Below are positions 39,100 to 52,855 of a stretch of DNA of 64,000 nt, piece after piece (the first letter of the stretch is position 1; each line of letters starts with the position of its first letter). Origin of the DNA: Chiloscyllium plagiosum (taxonomy: Eukaryota); the NCBI RefSeq assembly GCF_004010195.1, contig NC_057719.1:5146412-5210411 (forward strand), given 5' to 3'. A program made the position numbers and the translations under genes. The notes below the pieces were generated by a model. The model was not told where the DNA came from. It was given only the letters and a program-made list of their open reading frames with translations, and ran no database searches.

Positions 39100-39723
39100 A
39101 TCAACACTGGGCTACAGCAATATTTTCTGCACCAAGGGCAGCTGTAAGCAGGAAGTGGAGAGTTGAGCGTGAGCGATAAAAGGGGAATTGTTTGAAACTT
39201 TCATTGGCCCAAGGCTCCTTGAAGCCTGAATTAAACAGTGTTTGTTTTCTCTCTCTCCGCCTGAGGGATGAGGTTTCACTCTGACCGGAGCTGCCGCTCA
39301 CTCTCGGCTCAGCTGCAGCTGCCTGTCTGACTTGGATTTGCCTTGTTGGAGCCTCCTGGAGGTTTGCTGTGCCCCGGCCAGCCCTGGAAACACATTGTTG
39401 TCGGCATTGTCGCTGCCTCAGAGATACCGGGTCGCTGCAGGTTGTGATTTTGGTTGTGTTGTATTAAGCCAGGGTCTTGGTCTCTCTCTCTCTCTCTCTC
39501 TGTCAGAAACTTCTGAAAGTACAAACAGAAAATTCAAGAAACGCTCAACAGCTCTCCTCCTGTGGACAGTGAAAGGGAATTAACATTTCACCTTCCATCA
39601 CAACTTTTATTTTTGACCGGAAATGTTAATTCTTTCTATCCCTCCACAGATGCTGCCAGGTTTGCTGAATTTCTCCAGCACTTTCTGTGCTTGTTTTGTT
39701 TTACCTTTACAGGTTAGGTGAGT
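39100..39723 (+). promoter_or_regulatory. Candidate promoter and non-coding first exon of the GPCR
   Basis: Largely unique, CpG-enriched; CAGGAAGTG (ETS-like) ~39149, GATAAAAGGGG ~39176, ATTGG; consensus donor TAG|GTGAGT at 39718. Confidence 0.4.
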
Positions 39724-40219
39724 GTTTTATTTTAGAAACAGCGTTGTCTATCGAATAATGACTGAATGATTTGGACTGTTCACTTTGTTGTGACAAGAAT
39801 AGACTCGACAATTAATGGGTGTTTGCTCACTCGACATTTTTCAGATGTGTTTACTTAATTAAGGGCCAGGGAGTGCGCTGGGATGGATGATGAGACAACC
39901 CAGCAGTTACTCTTTACAGGTCTGTGCGTGTGTCAGACTGGAGCTGTCAGCAGCCACTGGGCAATTACACTCTCCTACCCATTAATCAGCTTGGAAATTC
40001 CACAGACTCGAGAGCGCACGTATTCTAGTCTGAAACTCTTAGGCCTGCACTGAGGGAGTGCTGTGCTGTCGCAGGAGCTGACAGACAGAAGCCTGTCAGA
40101 AGAAACTTTGATCCGGTCACATCTCATGACTGTTACTTAGGAACTAAGAAATTGAAGTCTCTCTTTGCTTAGCCAATGCAAAGCAGGGACCAACAATGTG
40201 GAAAGATTTTTTTTAAATG

Positions 40220-40377
40220 CTTGAGATCACAGCGGCCCAGACAGCATCCATGGAGAGAGAGCATGTTAACGTTTCGAGGTGTCTCTTCATCAGGACACTG
40301 TGAGCACCCGCTGTGACCTCCAGCATTTTGGTTTGTTTTCAGTACAGATTCCAGCATCTGCAGTAATTTGCTACTAC
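40220..40377. mobile_element. Family C fold-back element with minus-strand hammerhead-like core
   Basis: GTTAACGTTTCGAGGTGTCTCTTCATCAGG; reverse complement CTGATGA-A-GAG-ACAC-CTC-GAAACGTT. Confidence 0.65.
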
Positions 40378-41009
40378 GATGTATAAAGAAACCCTGATCT
40401 GATTTCACAGGACCGACTGAGAAGGGTGAACTCCATTGGTGTGGAAACGGTGACCTAGGGTTAATGTCACTAGAACAGTAATATAGGAGCTGGGGATATA
40501 TAGTTCAAATTTGGAATGTTTGTTTATTTAAAAAATATGTCAGTCATTGAAGGCTGGGTTGAATGATGACTGCAAAACTATCTTCAATTGTTTCAAAACC
40601 CTGCCTGGTTCATTAGTGCCTTTTGGTAAGGAACATCTGTCATTCTTTACCTGATCTGGCTCCAGACTAACAGGAATTTAAAATAACCATTGACGCGCTC
40701 TTTTATTAGAGACAGACAGAGAGAGAAAGCTGGCAGTTAATTTAAACTGAGAGTCACCATGCCTGATTGAGGGGAAATGTTGAGAAGGGACGTTGTGTGG
40801 GAATTGAGGCAGCGCTGTTAGTGTTACTCTACATTACACACCAGCCACATGAGTGAATGGCCCAGCCAGTGCCAAGCAAGCCACTCAGTTTGAGGGCAAT
40901 TAGAAATGGGCAATAAATGCTGATCTTGTCAGTGATGCCTGCAAACCATGGAAGAATAACAATACCTCAGAAATTGAAACAGGGAATTCAATAAGTTAGT
41001 TGGATTCCC

Positions 41010-42650
41010 AAAAGACATTTGATAAGGTGCCACCCATTAGACTTCATAGTGAGATCCTGTGCATGGATAGAGGATTGATTAACTAATAGAAAACAGAGAA
41101 TTAGGATAGTGGAGCATTTTCATGATGGCAACCTGTAACTAGTGAACTGCAATAGGGATCAGTGCTGGGGCCACAAATATTTACAATATACAATATAGAG
41201 AGAAGGTTGAGAGGTGACTTAATAGAGACATACAAGATGATCAGACGGTTAGATAGAGTGGACAGTGAAAGTCTTTTTCCTCAGATGGTGATGGCTAGCA
41301 TGAGAGGACATTAGCTTTAAATTGAGAGGTGATAGATATAGGACAGATGTCAGAGGTGGTTTCTTTACTCAGAGAGTAATAAGTGCTTGGAACGCCCTTC
41401 CTGCAATAGTAGTAGACTCCCCAATTTTAAGACATTTAAATGGTCATTGGATAAACATATGGATGATAACAGAATAGTGTGGGTTAGATGGGCTTCAGAT
41501 TGGTTTCAGAGGTCGGCGCAACATCGAGGGCCAAAGAGCCTGTACTGCGCTGTAATGTTCTATGTATGGCAGGCTGGTTAGTAAAGTTAGATCACATGGG
41601 ATTCAGGGACAGCTAGCCCATTTGCTACAAAATTGGCTTGACTGTAGGAGACAGAGAGTGGTGGTAGAAGAGTTCAGACTGGAAGTCTGTGACCAGAGAT
41701 GTGCTGCAATAATTGGTCCTGGGTCCACTGTTGTTTTTCATTTATATAAATTATTTGAATGAGAATTTAGGAGACATGGTTAGTAAGTTTGTGGATGACG
41801 CCAACATTGATGGTGGACAATGAAGGTGGTTATCTAATGCTACAACTGGGCCATTGGCTGTGGAATGGCAAATGGAGTTTAATTCAGATAAATGTGAGGT
41901 GTTGCATTTTGGTAAGACAAACCAGGACAACATTTACCCGATTAATGATAGAACCCTAGGGAACGCTGTTGAACAGAGAGACCTGAGAATGCAGGAACAC
42001 AGTTCCTTGAAAGTGGCATCACAGATAGACAGGGTGGTGAAGAAGGCGTTTGGCATGCTTGTCTTCATCGGTCAGAACATTGAGTACAGGAGTTGGGACA
42101 TCATGTGACAGCTATACAAGCCAATGGTAAGGCTACATTTGGAGTACTGCACGCAATTGTGGTCACCCTGCTAAAGAAAGAATATTATTAAACTGGAAAA
42201 GGTGCAAAAAAGATGGTGCTGAGACTGGACAGTTTGAGTTATAAGGGGAGGCTGGATTGGCTGGGATGTTTTTTCGCTGGAGCATTGGAGGCTGAGGGGT
42301 GATCTTATAGAAGTTTATAAATCATAAGGAACATGGATCAGGTGAATAGCCAAGGTCTTTCCCCCTGAGTAGGGGAGTCCAAACCTAGAGGGCATAGGTT
42401 TAAGGTCAGAGGAGAAAGATTTAAAAGGGACCTGAAGGATAACGTTTTCACACAGAAGGTGGTGCGTGTATGAAATGAGCTGCCAGAGGAAGTCGTGGAG
42501 GTGAGTGCAGTTACAACATTTAAAAGACATTTGAAATGGGTCAAATGCAGGCAAATGGGACTAGTTCAGATTTTGAAATTTGTTCGGCATGGATGAATTG
42601 AGCCAAAGGGTCTATTTCCATGCTCTATGACTTGATGACTCTATGACTTT
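41010..42650 (+). mobile_element. Cluster of nested CR1 fragments
   Basis: RT fragment ~41010-41190; 3' end ~41190-41560; RT-to-3' ~41562-42650 (WQMEFNSDKCEVLHFG). Confidence 0.85.
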
Positions 42651-45334
42651 TTGGCTTGTCTAGAATAATGCAATGTGACTTTATTAAAGCATGTAAGATT
42701 TTTAGAAAGCTTGACGGGGTGGATATGGATAGGTCGTTTCCCCTATGGGATAATCGCAGATCAGAGGGCAGAGTCTCACAATAAGGGGTAACAAATTGTA
42801 GATGGCAATGAGGGGAAATGGTCTTTTGGTGAAGAGGAGAAGTTAAAAATAAAATTAACTTTGTGAAGCCAGATGGAATGAGATTACAGCTCTGAGCTCT
42901 GTAATCAAAAGAACTTGCATTTATATAGCACCTTTAATGTGGTGAACTATTCCAGGAGTCTTCAAAAGAGCATTGTGAAAAAAAAGGCACTGAAGGAAAT
43001 ATTAGAACATGCTTCGTCAAATAATAGGGTTTTATAGAGTATCCTTTTATTTCTTTGATGGGATGTGGATGTGTGGGGAGTTGGATAATGGGATGAGGTT
43101 ACAGAATTGGGGTGGCAGTGGGGAATCTGAAATGACGCGAGTTATGAATAGAGGCATTGCAAGGGCAAGAGTTAACATAGGCCACTGAGAAAGCAGTGAG
43201 AGATAAATGGGACTGGGTGTGAATTAGGTTTCTGGGCAGCCAAAGGACATAAGCCATGAACTTGTCCCTTCCGAGGCATTATCTTCCTGACTAGGGTCAG
43301 CATTTGGTTCAACTCCGTACCAGCCCAGAGTCAGTGACCTATAGCAGGGCACCCAGTCCAGGGATATAACGTAAGGGCATTTTGTTATTGGGGCACAGAC
43401 CTCGAAATGAACCATTTTTTTTGCCAAAGAGAATACATTAGTGGTTTAAGGTATACACAAAATGTACTTGCATTTATATAGCACCTCTGGCATGGTAAGA
43501 TACTTAAGAACCTAAAAAAATGTTCAATGACAGAAAATATTTTCTCCAACACATCATGAGGGGCAGAGTCCAACATGCAACTGTTTATAAAGAATAATTC
43601 ACCCTCACCCCCTTCTCCATCCTCCTGCGAGGCCCCATTAAAACACTCATTTATTTTGTCATGACACAAGGGAATTGAACCTCAGGGCTGCTGACCTCAG
43701 CAGTTAAGTATCACATTGGGTGGCACCTTTCCTGAAATAAACCACCAGAGAGTTGTTATAGACTCGAGTAAATCATTGCCAAACCCAACCACACTCCCTT
43801 TGGGCTAAAGAATCAGAACAAATGTGAAGAAATTTAAGAAGTCTAAGCTTTTGCTAGATGACGTTCCCTCACCTCAGTGGGTAACCAAGGTGACTAGGCA
43901 ACCAATCCATTGCTCAACCCTATGTAGGCAGCAGAACTCTGTAATTTAACCTCCCACAGACTCATAATGGGTGAGTAACGTATATTAGAACAATCTGGCA
44001 AAAAAAATGCATTCTTTCATTTGTACAAAACAATAAAAGTTCCTCCTGAAACCATTCAATGATTTTTGGCTTGGGCTGAAATTGATACTGATAGAGTCAT
44101 AGAGCACAGAAACAGGCCATTTGGCCCACTGTGTCTATGTCAACGACAAACATCAAACTGCATATAAAAACCAAAAGAACTACAGATTCTGTAAATCAGA
44201 AACAAAAACAGAAATTGCTGGAAAAGCTCAGCAGGTCTGGCAGCATCTGCGGAGAGAAATCAGAGTTAACGTTTCGGTCTCTGATCTCCCCCCACAGATG
44301 CTGCCCGGCCATGCTGAACTTTTCCAGCGATTTCTATTTTTGTACCAAACTCCATATATCCTATTGACCTGCACTTAATCCATAGCCTACTAGCCCTGGC
44401 ATTTTAAGTGCTCATCCAGATGCTTCTTAAATGTAGTGAGAGTGCTTGCCCCCATTACCGTCTCAGGCCGCATAGTCCATCTTTCTCACTGGGTGATAGC
44501 AAAACACTCTCTGATCCTCTCGAAACCACTTACTCCTCACCTTAATCCAATGCCCTCTGGTACTGCCGAGAATTGTACCATCAATTTCATCTCACTGGGG
44601 ATGAAAACAAGAGGCATTGCCAGAATTTGGATTGGCTTAGACTTCCTCCTGAGGAGGATGGTGGACACAGTCCCACTGTACAAACTGGATTCTTCATTCT
44701 CTTGACAGCGCAGTGTCAGGTGAGCGCCATAGTGCTTCTTAATATTGCTCCATTGGTTGAGCAGGTCCATACAATGACCACAACAATCCCAGGTTCTATC
44801 TGGGCTAATGGAGGAAGCAGCAGCATTGTGTTAATACCTCTATGTTAGTCATCCAGAGGCAAAGGTTACCGCTGTGGGTACATACTTCAAATCCTGCTAA
44901 GCTAGATGGTGGAATTTAAGCTGAATTATATCATTAAATCAGTAATTATAAAATTATTCTGTCAATGATTGTTTCCATGAAGGGACAATATCTGCTTTCC
45001 CTACCTGGCATACTTGAGACTCCAGGTCCACAACAATATGATTGCCTGCCCCTCTGGAATGGCCTAGTGAAATACCATTCTGTTCAGTGGCACATGAGGC
45101 TGAGTGATCACTTTTGGTCTTGCGGTGTCATCCAAATCCCATGGGGAGGGTGGTAGAGCCCCTACCTCAGAGCCAGAAAGTCAGCATTCAAGTCCCAACC
45201 GCCCTAGAGATACATCATGCCATGTCTGACCAGATTGATGAAAAATGCCCTGTAACAGAAGAAATATAAGAAGTCTCCAGGCTGCACTGAACCATTCCAA
45301 CTCACTAAGGGTGGTTCTAGGGATGTTTTACTTA

Positions 45335-46050
45335 GAGCCATAGAGTATGACCGCACTGGAAAAGGCCCTTCAGTCCACCATCTCTACACTGGTCATCAAG
45401 CACTTCTTCACTCTAATCCCATTTCCAACACATGGCCCATTATGCTGTGGTATTTGACGTACCCATCTAAAGAGTTTTTAAGTGTTGTGAGGATTCCTAA
45501 CTCTACCAACAGTGAATTCCAGACACCACTATCCTTCAGATGAAAATATTCTCCTTAAAAGTCCTCTCTACCTCCTGTCCCTTACCTTAAGTCTATGCCT
45601 GCTTATTGACCTTCTACTAAGGGGAAAAGTTTCTTTCTATTTACCCTGTGTATGCCGTCAGAACTTTGTCAATCAGGTCCCCCCTCAGCCTTCTCTGCTC
45701 TAAGGCAAACAACCTAAGCCTACCTAGTCTCGCTTCCTAACTGAATTGTTCTACCATGGGCAGCATCCTAGTGAATCATTTCTACACCGTCTCTAGTGCA
45801 ATCACATCCTCCCTATTGTGTAGCAACTAGAACAGCATACACTGTTCCTCCTGTGGCCTAATCACCATTATATCTAAGCTCCATCATTACAACCTTGCTC
45901 ATGTATTCAGTTCCTTGATGAATAAAGGCAAGAATCCTATATGTCTTCTAAACCACCTTATCCACCCATCCTGCTGCCTTCAAGGCTCTATGGACATGCA
46001 TACCAACATCTCTCCGGTCCTCTGTACTTCCTAGAGTCTTACCATTTAAT
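45335..46050 (-). mobile_element. Older CR1 3' fragment
   Basis: Reverse-complement CR1 3' UTR and ORF2 end. Confidence 0.65.
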
Positions 46051-46064
46051 GCGTTAGCAATACG

Positions 46065-48150
46065 TCATAGGATGGGGAAAGAAACTGCAGGGGATGGGTA
46101 CAATTGAAATGTGGAGCATGTTCAAGGAACAGCTACTGCATGTTCTTGATAAGTATTTACCTGTAAGGCAGGGATGAAATGATCAAGTGAGGGAGCCGTG
46201 GTTTACTAAAGAAATTGAATCTCTGGTCAAGAGGAAGAAGGAGGCTTATGTAAAGATGAAATGTGAAGGCTCAGTTAGGGGAGTTACAAGTTAGCCAGGA
46301 AGGACCTAAAGAGAGAGCTAAGAAGAGCCAGGAAGGGACATGAGAGGTTGTTAGCAGATAGGAAAACTTTAAAATTTTCTATAGGTATGTCAGAAATAAA
46401 AGAATGACTAGAGTAAGATTACGGCCAGTCAAGGTCAGTAGTGGGAATTTGTGTGTGGGGTCCGAGGAGATAGGAGAGGCACTAAATGAATATTTTTCGT
46501 CAGTATTCACACTGGAAAGTGACAATGTTGTCAAGGAGAATACTGAGATACAGGTTATTAGACTAAACGGGATTGAGGTTCATGAGGAGGAAGTGTTAGC
46601 AATTCTGGAAAGTGTGAAAAAAGATAAATCCCCTGGGCCTTACGGGAGTTTTCCTAGGATACTCTGGGAAGCTAGGGAGGAGATCGCAGAACCTTTGGCT
46701 TTGATCTTTATGTTGTGATTGTCTGCAGGAATAGTGCCAGAAGACTGGAGGATAGCAAATGTTGTCCCCTTGTTTAAGAAGGGAGGTAGAGACAACCCTG
46801 GTAATTATAGACCTGTGAGCATTACTTTGGTTGTGGGTAAATTGTTGAAAAAGGTTATAACAGATAGAATTTATAATAATCTGGAAAGGAATAATTTGAA
46901 TAGAGATAGTCAACATGGTTTTGTGAAGGGTAGGTCATGTCTTTTGAAAAGACTTCTTTGAGAAGGTGACCAACAGGTGGATGAGGGCAAAGCAGTTGAT
47001 GTGGTGTATATGGATTTGAGTAAAGTGTTTGATAAGGTTCCCCACAGTAGGCTATTGCACAAAATATGGATACATGGGATTGAGGGTGGTTTAGTGGTTT
47101 GGATCAGAAATTGGCGAGAGGGTGAACGAAGATAAAGGGTGGTGGTTGTTGGGAAATATTCATCCTGGAATTCAGTTACTAGTGGTGTACAGCAAGGATC
47201 TGTTTTGGGGCCACTGCTGTTTGTCATTTTTATAAATGTCCTGGATGAGGGCGTAGAAAGATGGGTTAGTAAATTTACGGATGATAATAAGGTTGGTAGA
47301 TTTGTGGAGTGCCGAAGGATGTTGCAGGTTACAGAGAGACATAGATAAGCTGCAGAGCTGGGCTGAGAGGTGGCAAATGGTGTTTAATGCGGAAAAGTGT
47401 GAGATGATTCACTTCATAAGGAGTAACAGGAATGCAGAGTACTGGGCTAATGGTAAGATTCTAGGTTGAGTCGATGAGCAGGGAGATCTCAGTGTCCATG
47501 TGCATAGATCCTTGAAAGTTGCCACCAGGTTGAGAGGGTTGTTAAGAAGGCAAACAGTGTGTTAACTTTTATTGGTAGAAGGATTGAGTTTCAGAGCCAC
47601 GAGGTCATGCTGCAGCTGTATAAAACTCTGGTGCGGCCACACTTGAAGTTCTGGTTGCCGCATTATAGGAAGGATGTGGAAACATTGGAAAGCCCAAAGG
47701 AGATTTACTAGGGTGTTGCCTGGAATGGATGGAAAGTTTTATGATGAAAGGCTGATGGACTTGAGGCTGTTTTTGCTAGAGAGAAGAAGGTTGAGAGGTG
47801 ACTTAATAGAGATATACAAGATCATCAGAGGATTAAATAGAGTGGAAAGTGAGAGCTTTTTTCTGAGATGGTGATGGCTCGCATAAGGTGGACATGGCTT
47901 TAAATTGAGGGATGATTATTATAGGACAGATGTCAGAGGTAGTTTCTTTACTCAGAATAGTAGGGGCATAGAATGTACTGCCTGCAACAGTAGTAGACTC
48001 GTCAACATTAAGGGCATTTAAATGGTCATTGGATGAACATATAGGCGAGAATAAAATAGTGTAGGTTAGATAGGCTTCAGATTGGTTTCACAGGGTGGCG
48101 CAACATTGAGGGCCAAAGGACCTGTACTGTGCTGTACTGTTCTATGTTCT
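46065..48150 (+). mobile_element. CR1 LINE, ~2 kb, frameshifted ORF2
   Basis: ORFs 46404-47874: EDWRIANVVPLFKKG...NYRPVS, QHGFVKGRSCL, SKFTDD. Confidence 0.95.
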
Positions 48151-48169
48151 ATATTCACGATGGAAGACA

Positions 48170-49800
48170 CAAGGAATATCCCAAAATTTCAAGACAGTCG
48201 AGGGCAGAGATGAGTACGGCAGCCATCAACAAAGAGAAAGTGCCAGAAAAACTTAAAGGTCTGAAAGTGGATAAATCACCTGGTAGAACACTGAAGGAGA
48301 TAGCTGAAAAAATAGTGGAGACTTCAGTAGTGACCTTTCAGATATCACTAGAGTCAGAGAGGGTCCCAGAGGACAGGAAAATCACTAATATCATCCCCCT
48401 GTTTAAGAAGGCAAAAGACCGGAAATTACAGGCTGATTAGCCTGACCTCAAGTTGTTGGTAAGATTTGGAGTCCATTGTAAAGGATGAGATTTCTGAATA
48501 CTTGGAAGTGCATGGTAAAATAGTAAAGTCATCATAGTTTCATCAAGGGGAGGTCATGCCTGACAAATCTTCTACAATTCTTTGAGGAGGTAACAAGTAG
48601 CTTAAACCAAGGAGAACGAATGGATATTATCTAACTTAACTTCTAGAAAGCCTTTGATAAGATGCCACACAGGAGGCTGCTGAGTAAAGTAAGGGCCCAT
48701 GGTATCAGAGGCAAGGTGTTAGCATGGATAGAAGCTTGGCTGTCTGGCAGAAAGAATGGAGTGGAGATAAAATGGTCCTCCTCAGGGTGGCAGCTGGTGA
48801 CAAGTGGTGTCCCACAAGGGTCAGTGTTGGGACCACAACTTTTCACTTTGTACATTTAACAATCTAGATTAAGGAACTGAGGGCATTCTGGCTAAGTTTA
48901 CAGATAATACAAAGATAGGTGGAAGGGCAGGTAGTATTGAGGAGATGGGGAGGCTGCAGAAGGATTTGGACAGGTTAGGAGAGTGGGCAAAGAATACAAC
49001 TTGGGAAATTGTGAGGTCATGCATTTTAGGAGGAAGAATAGAGGCATAGGCTATTTTCTAAATGGGGAGAAAATTCATAAGTCTGAAGTGCAAAGGGACT
49101 TATGAGTCCTAGGCTAGTTTTTTCTAAGGTAAACTTGCAGGTTGAGTCAGTATTTAGGAAGGCATGTACAATGGTGTCATTCATCTCAAGAAGACTAGAA
49201 TATAAAAACAGGGATGTACTTCTGAGGCTTTATAAGGCTCTGGACAGACCACATTTAGAGTATTGTGAGCAATTTTGGGCCCCATACCTCAGGAAGGATG
49301 TACTGGCCCTGGAGCAGGTCCAGAGGAGATTCATGAGAGTGATCCCAGGAATTAAAATCTTAATGTATGAGGAATGTTTGAGGACTTTGGGACTATACTT
49401 GATGGAGTTTAGAAGGATGAAGGGAGATCTAATTGAGACTTACAGAATACTGAACAGCCTGGACAGAGCAGACATTGGGAAGATGTTTCCATTGGCAGGA
49501 GAGATGAGGACCTGAGGGCACAGCCTTAGAATAAAAGGAAGATGTTTTAAAATGGAGATAAGGAGAAACCTCTTTAGCCAGAGAGTGGTGAGTCTATGGA
49601 ATTCATTACCACAGAAGGCTGTGAAGTCCAGGTCATTGAGTATATTTAAAAAGAGGTAGATAGGTTCTTGATTGCCAAGGGGATCAAAGATTATGGGGAG
49701 AAACCAGGAAAATGGGGATGAAAAGTTTATCAGCCATTTCGAATGGTGGGGCAGACTCAATGGAGCAAATGGCCTAATTTCTGCTCAATGTCTTATGTTT
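48170..49800 (+). mobile_element. CR1 LINE (second subfamily), frameshifted
   Basis: KVDKSPG, GVPQGSVLGPQLF, RPHLEYCEQFWAP. Confidence 0.95.
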
Positions 49801-50360
49801 TATAATGTGTCCTCCATTTTGCTTGTTAATCCTTCCAAAATGCATCACCTCATTTTTTAGGACTAAATTCAATTTGTCACTGTTCAAACCATCTGACCAA
49901 CCGATCAGTAGTCTAAGGCTTTCTGCCTTGCTTTACCACACTACCTATTTTAGTATCATCTGTACACCAACTGATAAAATGTTCTACATATACACAGCAA
50001 ACAGCAAGGGGCTCAGCACCAAACTCTGTGATATGTCACTAGACAAAGGCTTGTGATTGGTGTTAGTTACGAAAATAGTTTGAATTGCAGTTACTAACTC
50101 TTTGACCATCTTCTTCTACTTCCTGCCAATTTTGGATTCAATTTGCAAATTTGCCCTGGACCTCAAGTGATTTTACATTCATGAATAGTATCCCGTGTAA
50201 CCCTTGTCAAAAGCCTAACTGAAGTCCATATGGACCATATGAACTGAGCTAATTTAATCTGTACACCCAAAAACCTGCTCAAAAGAAAACCATATTTTTG
50301 AGACACGGTCTCCCTCAGACAAAGGCATGCTGACTATTCCCAATTAACTTGTGCTCAATC
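49800..50360 (-). mobile_element. Old CR1 RT remnant
   Basis: Degenerate reverse-complement RT motifs (GCTTTTGACAAGG, ATGCATTTTGGAAGG). Confidence 0.5.
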
Positions 50361-51366
50361 TGCTCTTATGTTATGGAGGAGGATTAATCATGTGCAATGA
50401 GACTAGGAGTAGGCTGGGTGACCCTTCCTGCTTATCTTCCATCTTGGCTCCATGTTCTCTCTTGCTCCTCATACCCCCCTTTCTGTCTGTCATTGATTAC
50501 TCAGTGAACCTTCTTGTGAAGTCTGGCATGATCAGGATCGGACTCAGATGCCAGAAGTCAAATATCTTGCTGGGCTTCCCATGCGGATTCATGGATTAGC
50601 TCTAGATGAGATGGTAAAGGTGCTCAGGTATGGAATAATCAAATAGTCGCACAGCAGGCAGTGAGTACATTTGAGGAACATTAGAAAGTCAGAAACATTA
50701 ACACAATTGTGGGCAATTCTCTGAGTTTCACTGGTGAGTGCACTTTAAAAAACAAAGGGCTTCCGTGACTGGAAAGTGCTTTGACATATCTGATGTTTGT
50801 GGAAATTACTATATAAATGAATGTCTTTTTACAGGGACCAGGTGTTGATTTTTATCTGATTAAAATTCTCCTGGTGAAGCGTCTTGACTGAAGTTTATAA
50901 TGTTAAAGGTACTATAAATGAGGTTCTTGTTATAGATGGGACATCATTTTAACCTTTGGATTAAACTGTGACCTCCATCCTGCACTGTAGTCTTGAGAAC
51001 TTCACTTGGCAAGAATTGCATTGGTGGGCTGGGATGGTTAAGGAAGCTGGGTGTTGTTGGTACTGGTCAATGAGAACACTCTGTAGCCTCTGGATAATGC
51101 ACCACCCAAGATGGACAATATCCCACAACACGGTGTTCTCTCTCTCTCTCTCTCTGGAGCCAGCAGCACCACCTGTAGGTGATGCCACACACCTACACTC
51201 TATTTTAGAACTTAGAACATAGAACATTACAGTGCAGTACAGGCCCTTCAGCCCTTGATGTTGCGCCGACCTGTGAAACCAATCTGAAGCCCATCTAACC
51301 TACACTATTCCATTACGATCCATATGTTTATCCAATGACCATTTAAATGCCCTTAAAGTTGACAAG

Positions 51367-51590
51367 AAAGGAGAAAGTGAGGACTGCAGATGCTGGAGAT
51401 CAGAGCTGAAAATGTGTTGCTGGAAAAGCGCAGCAGGTCAGGCAGCATCCAGGGAACAGGAGAATCGACGTTTCGGGCATAAGCCCTTCTTCAGGATTCC
51501 TGAAGAAGGGCTTATGCCCGAAACGTCGATTCTCCTGTTCCCTGGATGCTGCCTGACCTGCTGCGCTTTTCCAGCAACACATTTTCAGCT
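51367..51590. mobile_element. Youngest family A element: perfect 93-bp inverted repeat plus one-sided tail, ~15-bp TSD
   Basis: Arms 51404-51496 and 51498-51590 are exact reverse complements; TSD CTTAAAGTTGACAAG at 51352-51366 and 51589-51603. Confidence 0.95.
51494..51533 (+). ncRNA. Minimal hammerhead ribozyme-like motif (family A type copy; mirror copy on - strand)
   Basis: CTGAAGA 51500-51506, A, GGGC-TTAT-GCCC, GAAA 51520-51523, ACGT palindrome, GTC triplet ending at 51527; short imperfect stem I. Confidence 0.7.
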
Positions 51591-52055
51591 TAAAGTTGAC
51601 AAGTCTACTACTGTTGCAGGCAGGCCATTCCACGCCTCTACTACTCTCTGAGTAAAGAACCTACCTCTGACATCTGTCCTAAATCTATCACCCCTCAACT
51701 TAAAACTATGTCCCCTCATGCTAGCCATCACCATCTGAGGAAAAAGGTTCTCACTATCCACCCTATCTAATCCTCTGATCATCTTGTATGTTTCTATTAA
51801 ATCACCTCTTAACCTTCTTCTGTCTAACGAAAACAGCCTCAAATGTCTCAGCCTTTCCTCATAAGTTAGCTCTTATTCTATCTTCTCCTCAGATTGCAGA
51901 GTAAATTCAATCATATTATGACCACTTTAAGTTCCTTCACCTTAAGCTCCCTTATCAAGTCTGCCTCCTTGCACAACAGTAGATCCAGTATTGCCTGTTC
52001 CCTGGTAAGCTCCACCACAAGCTGCTCCAAAAAGCCATCTGGTAGACATTCCACA

Positions 52056-52855
52056 TTGATTTATTTATTGTAATGTGCAGTTTGTTACAAAATACAGTGA
52101 AAAGCATTGCAGAGTGTTACTACTCTCTGATGGCATCTTAAAACATAGAAAAAATTATCTAAACATAGAATATTAAGACAGAAAAACGAAGAAATCACAG
52201 TCCTTCTTGTTAAGTGCTCCATCGTAGGCCATGGGACTAGTGGACAGCCATGTGTTCCCTTCACCATGCCACCACTGCTGGACCAAACGTCATCGCTCTT
52301 CAGCGCTATCCCATCTCCAAGGACATCCTCGCACCGCGAGTCATTGATGGACCTTGACAATGCCACCGGGTACCACATTAGTTCAAACTCATCTCCCACC
52401 CTCGCCGTGAGTCCCCATGGGCCCACCTTGCTGATGCAGAAGCTGCTGGTGCTGCAGGGTCTCATCATTCCTGATGAAGGGCTTTTGCCTGAAACGTCGA
52501 TTTTCCTGCTCCTCGGATGCTGCCTGATCTGCTGTGCTTTTCCAGCACCACTCTAATCTTGACTCTGATCTCCAGTATCTGCAGTCCTCACTTTCGCCTG
52601 CAGGGTCTCATACAAGGTCCGAATTCACATCTGTCTCTGTGAACCTGCGCCGGACGCAGACCCCACCGGGAACCCAAACTCACCTCCACAGCTGCACACC
52701 AGGAGTCTGGGCTGCTGGACCTACTCTCCACTGGCAATGCCATCGCTGCAACTGAACTCTTAATAGAAAGAAAATAAACAAGAGAAGAGAGAGAAAAAAA
52801 GCAAAAAGAAAAGTGGAGGAGCATTGGGACGCCCTCCTCCACCGCTATCTTACCA
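52056..52855 (-). mobile_element. Putative non-autonomous retroelement with Rex1-like 3' end
   Basis: 3' end resembles 29860-29900 (TTATTGT...CAGTGAAAAGC); 5' AAGATAGCGGTGGAGG; flanking CATTCCACA at 52047-52055 and 52861-52869. Confidence 0.45.
52466..52597 (+). mobile_element. Family A solo unit with 14-bp TSD
   Basis: TSD CTGCAGGGTCTCAT at 52452-52465 and 52598-52611; starts CATTC-CTGATGA. Confidence 0.9.

Larger units (their letters stand above)
51205..51865 (-). mobile_element. CR1 3' fragment, interrupted by a family A palindrome
   Basis: ORF 51585-51842 RRRLRGDLIETYK...FFTQRVV; (TTCTATG)-type tail. Confidence 0.9.

Noticed and set aside
51367..51590. Classical MITE (DNA transposon) or miRNA gene
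   Set aside because: One-sided tail, variable 11-15 bp TSDs, solo arms and the ribozyme-like core fit a retroelement better; no evidence for a defined miRNA.
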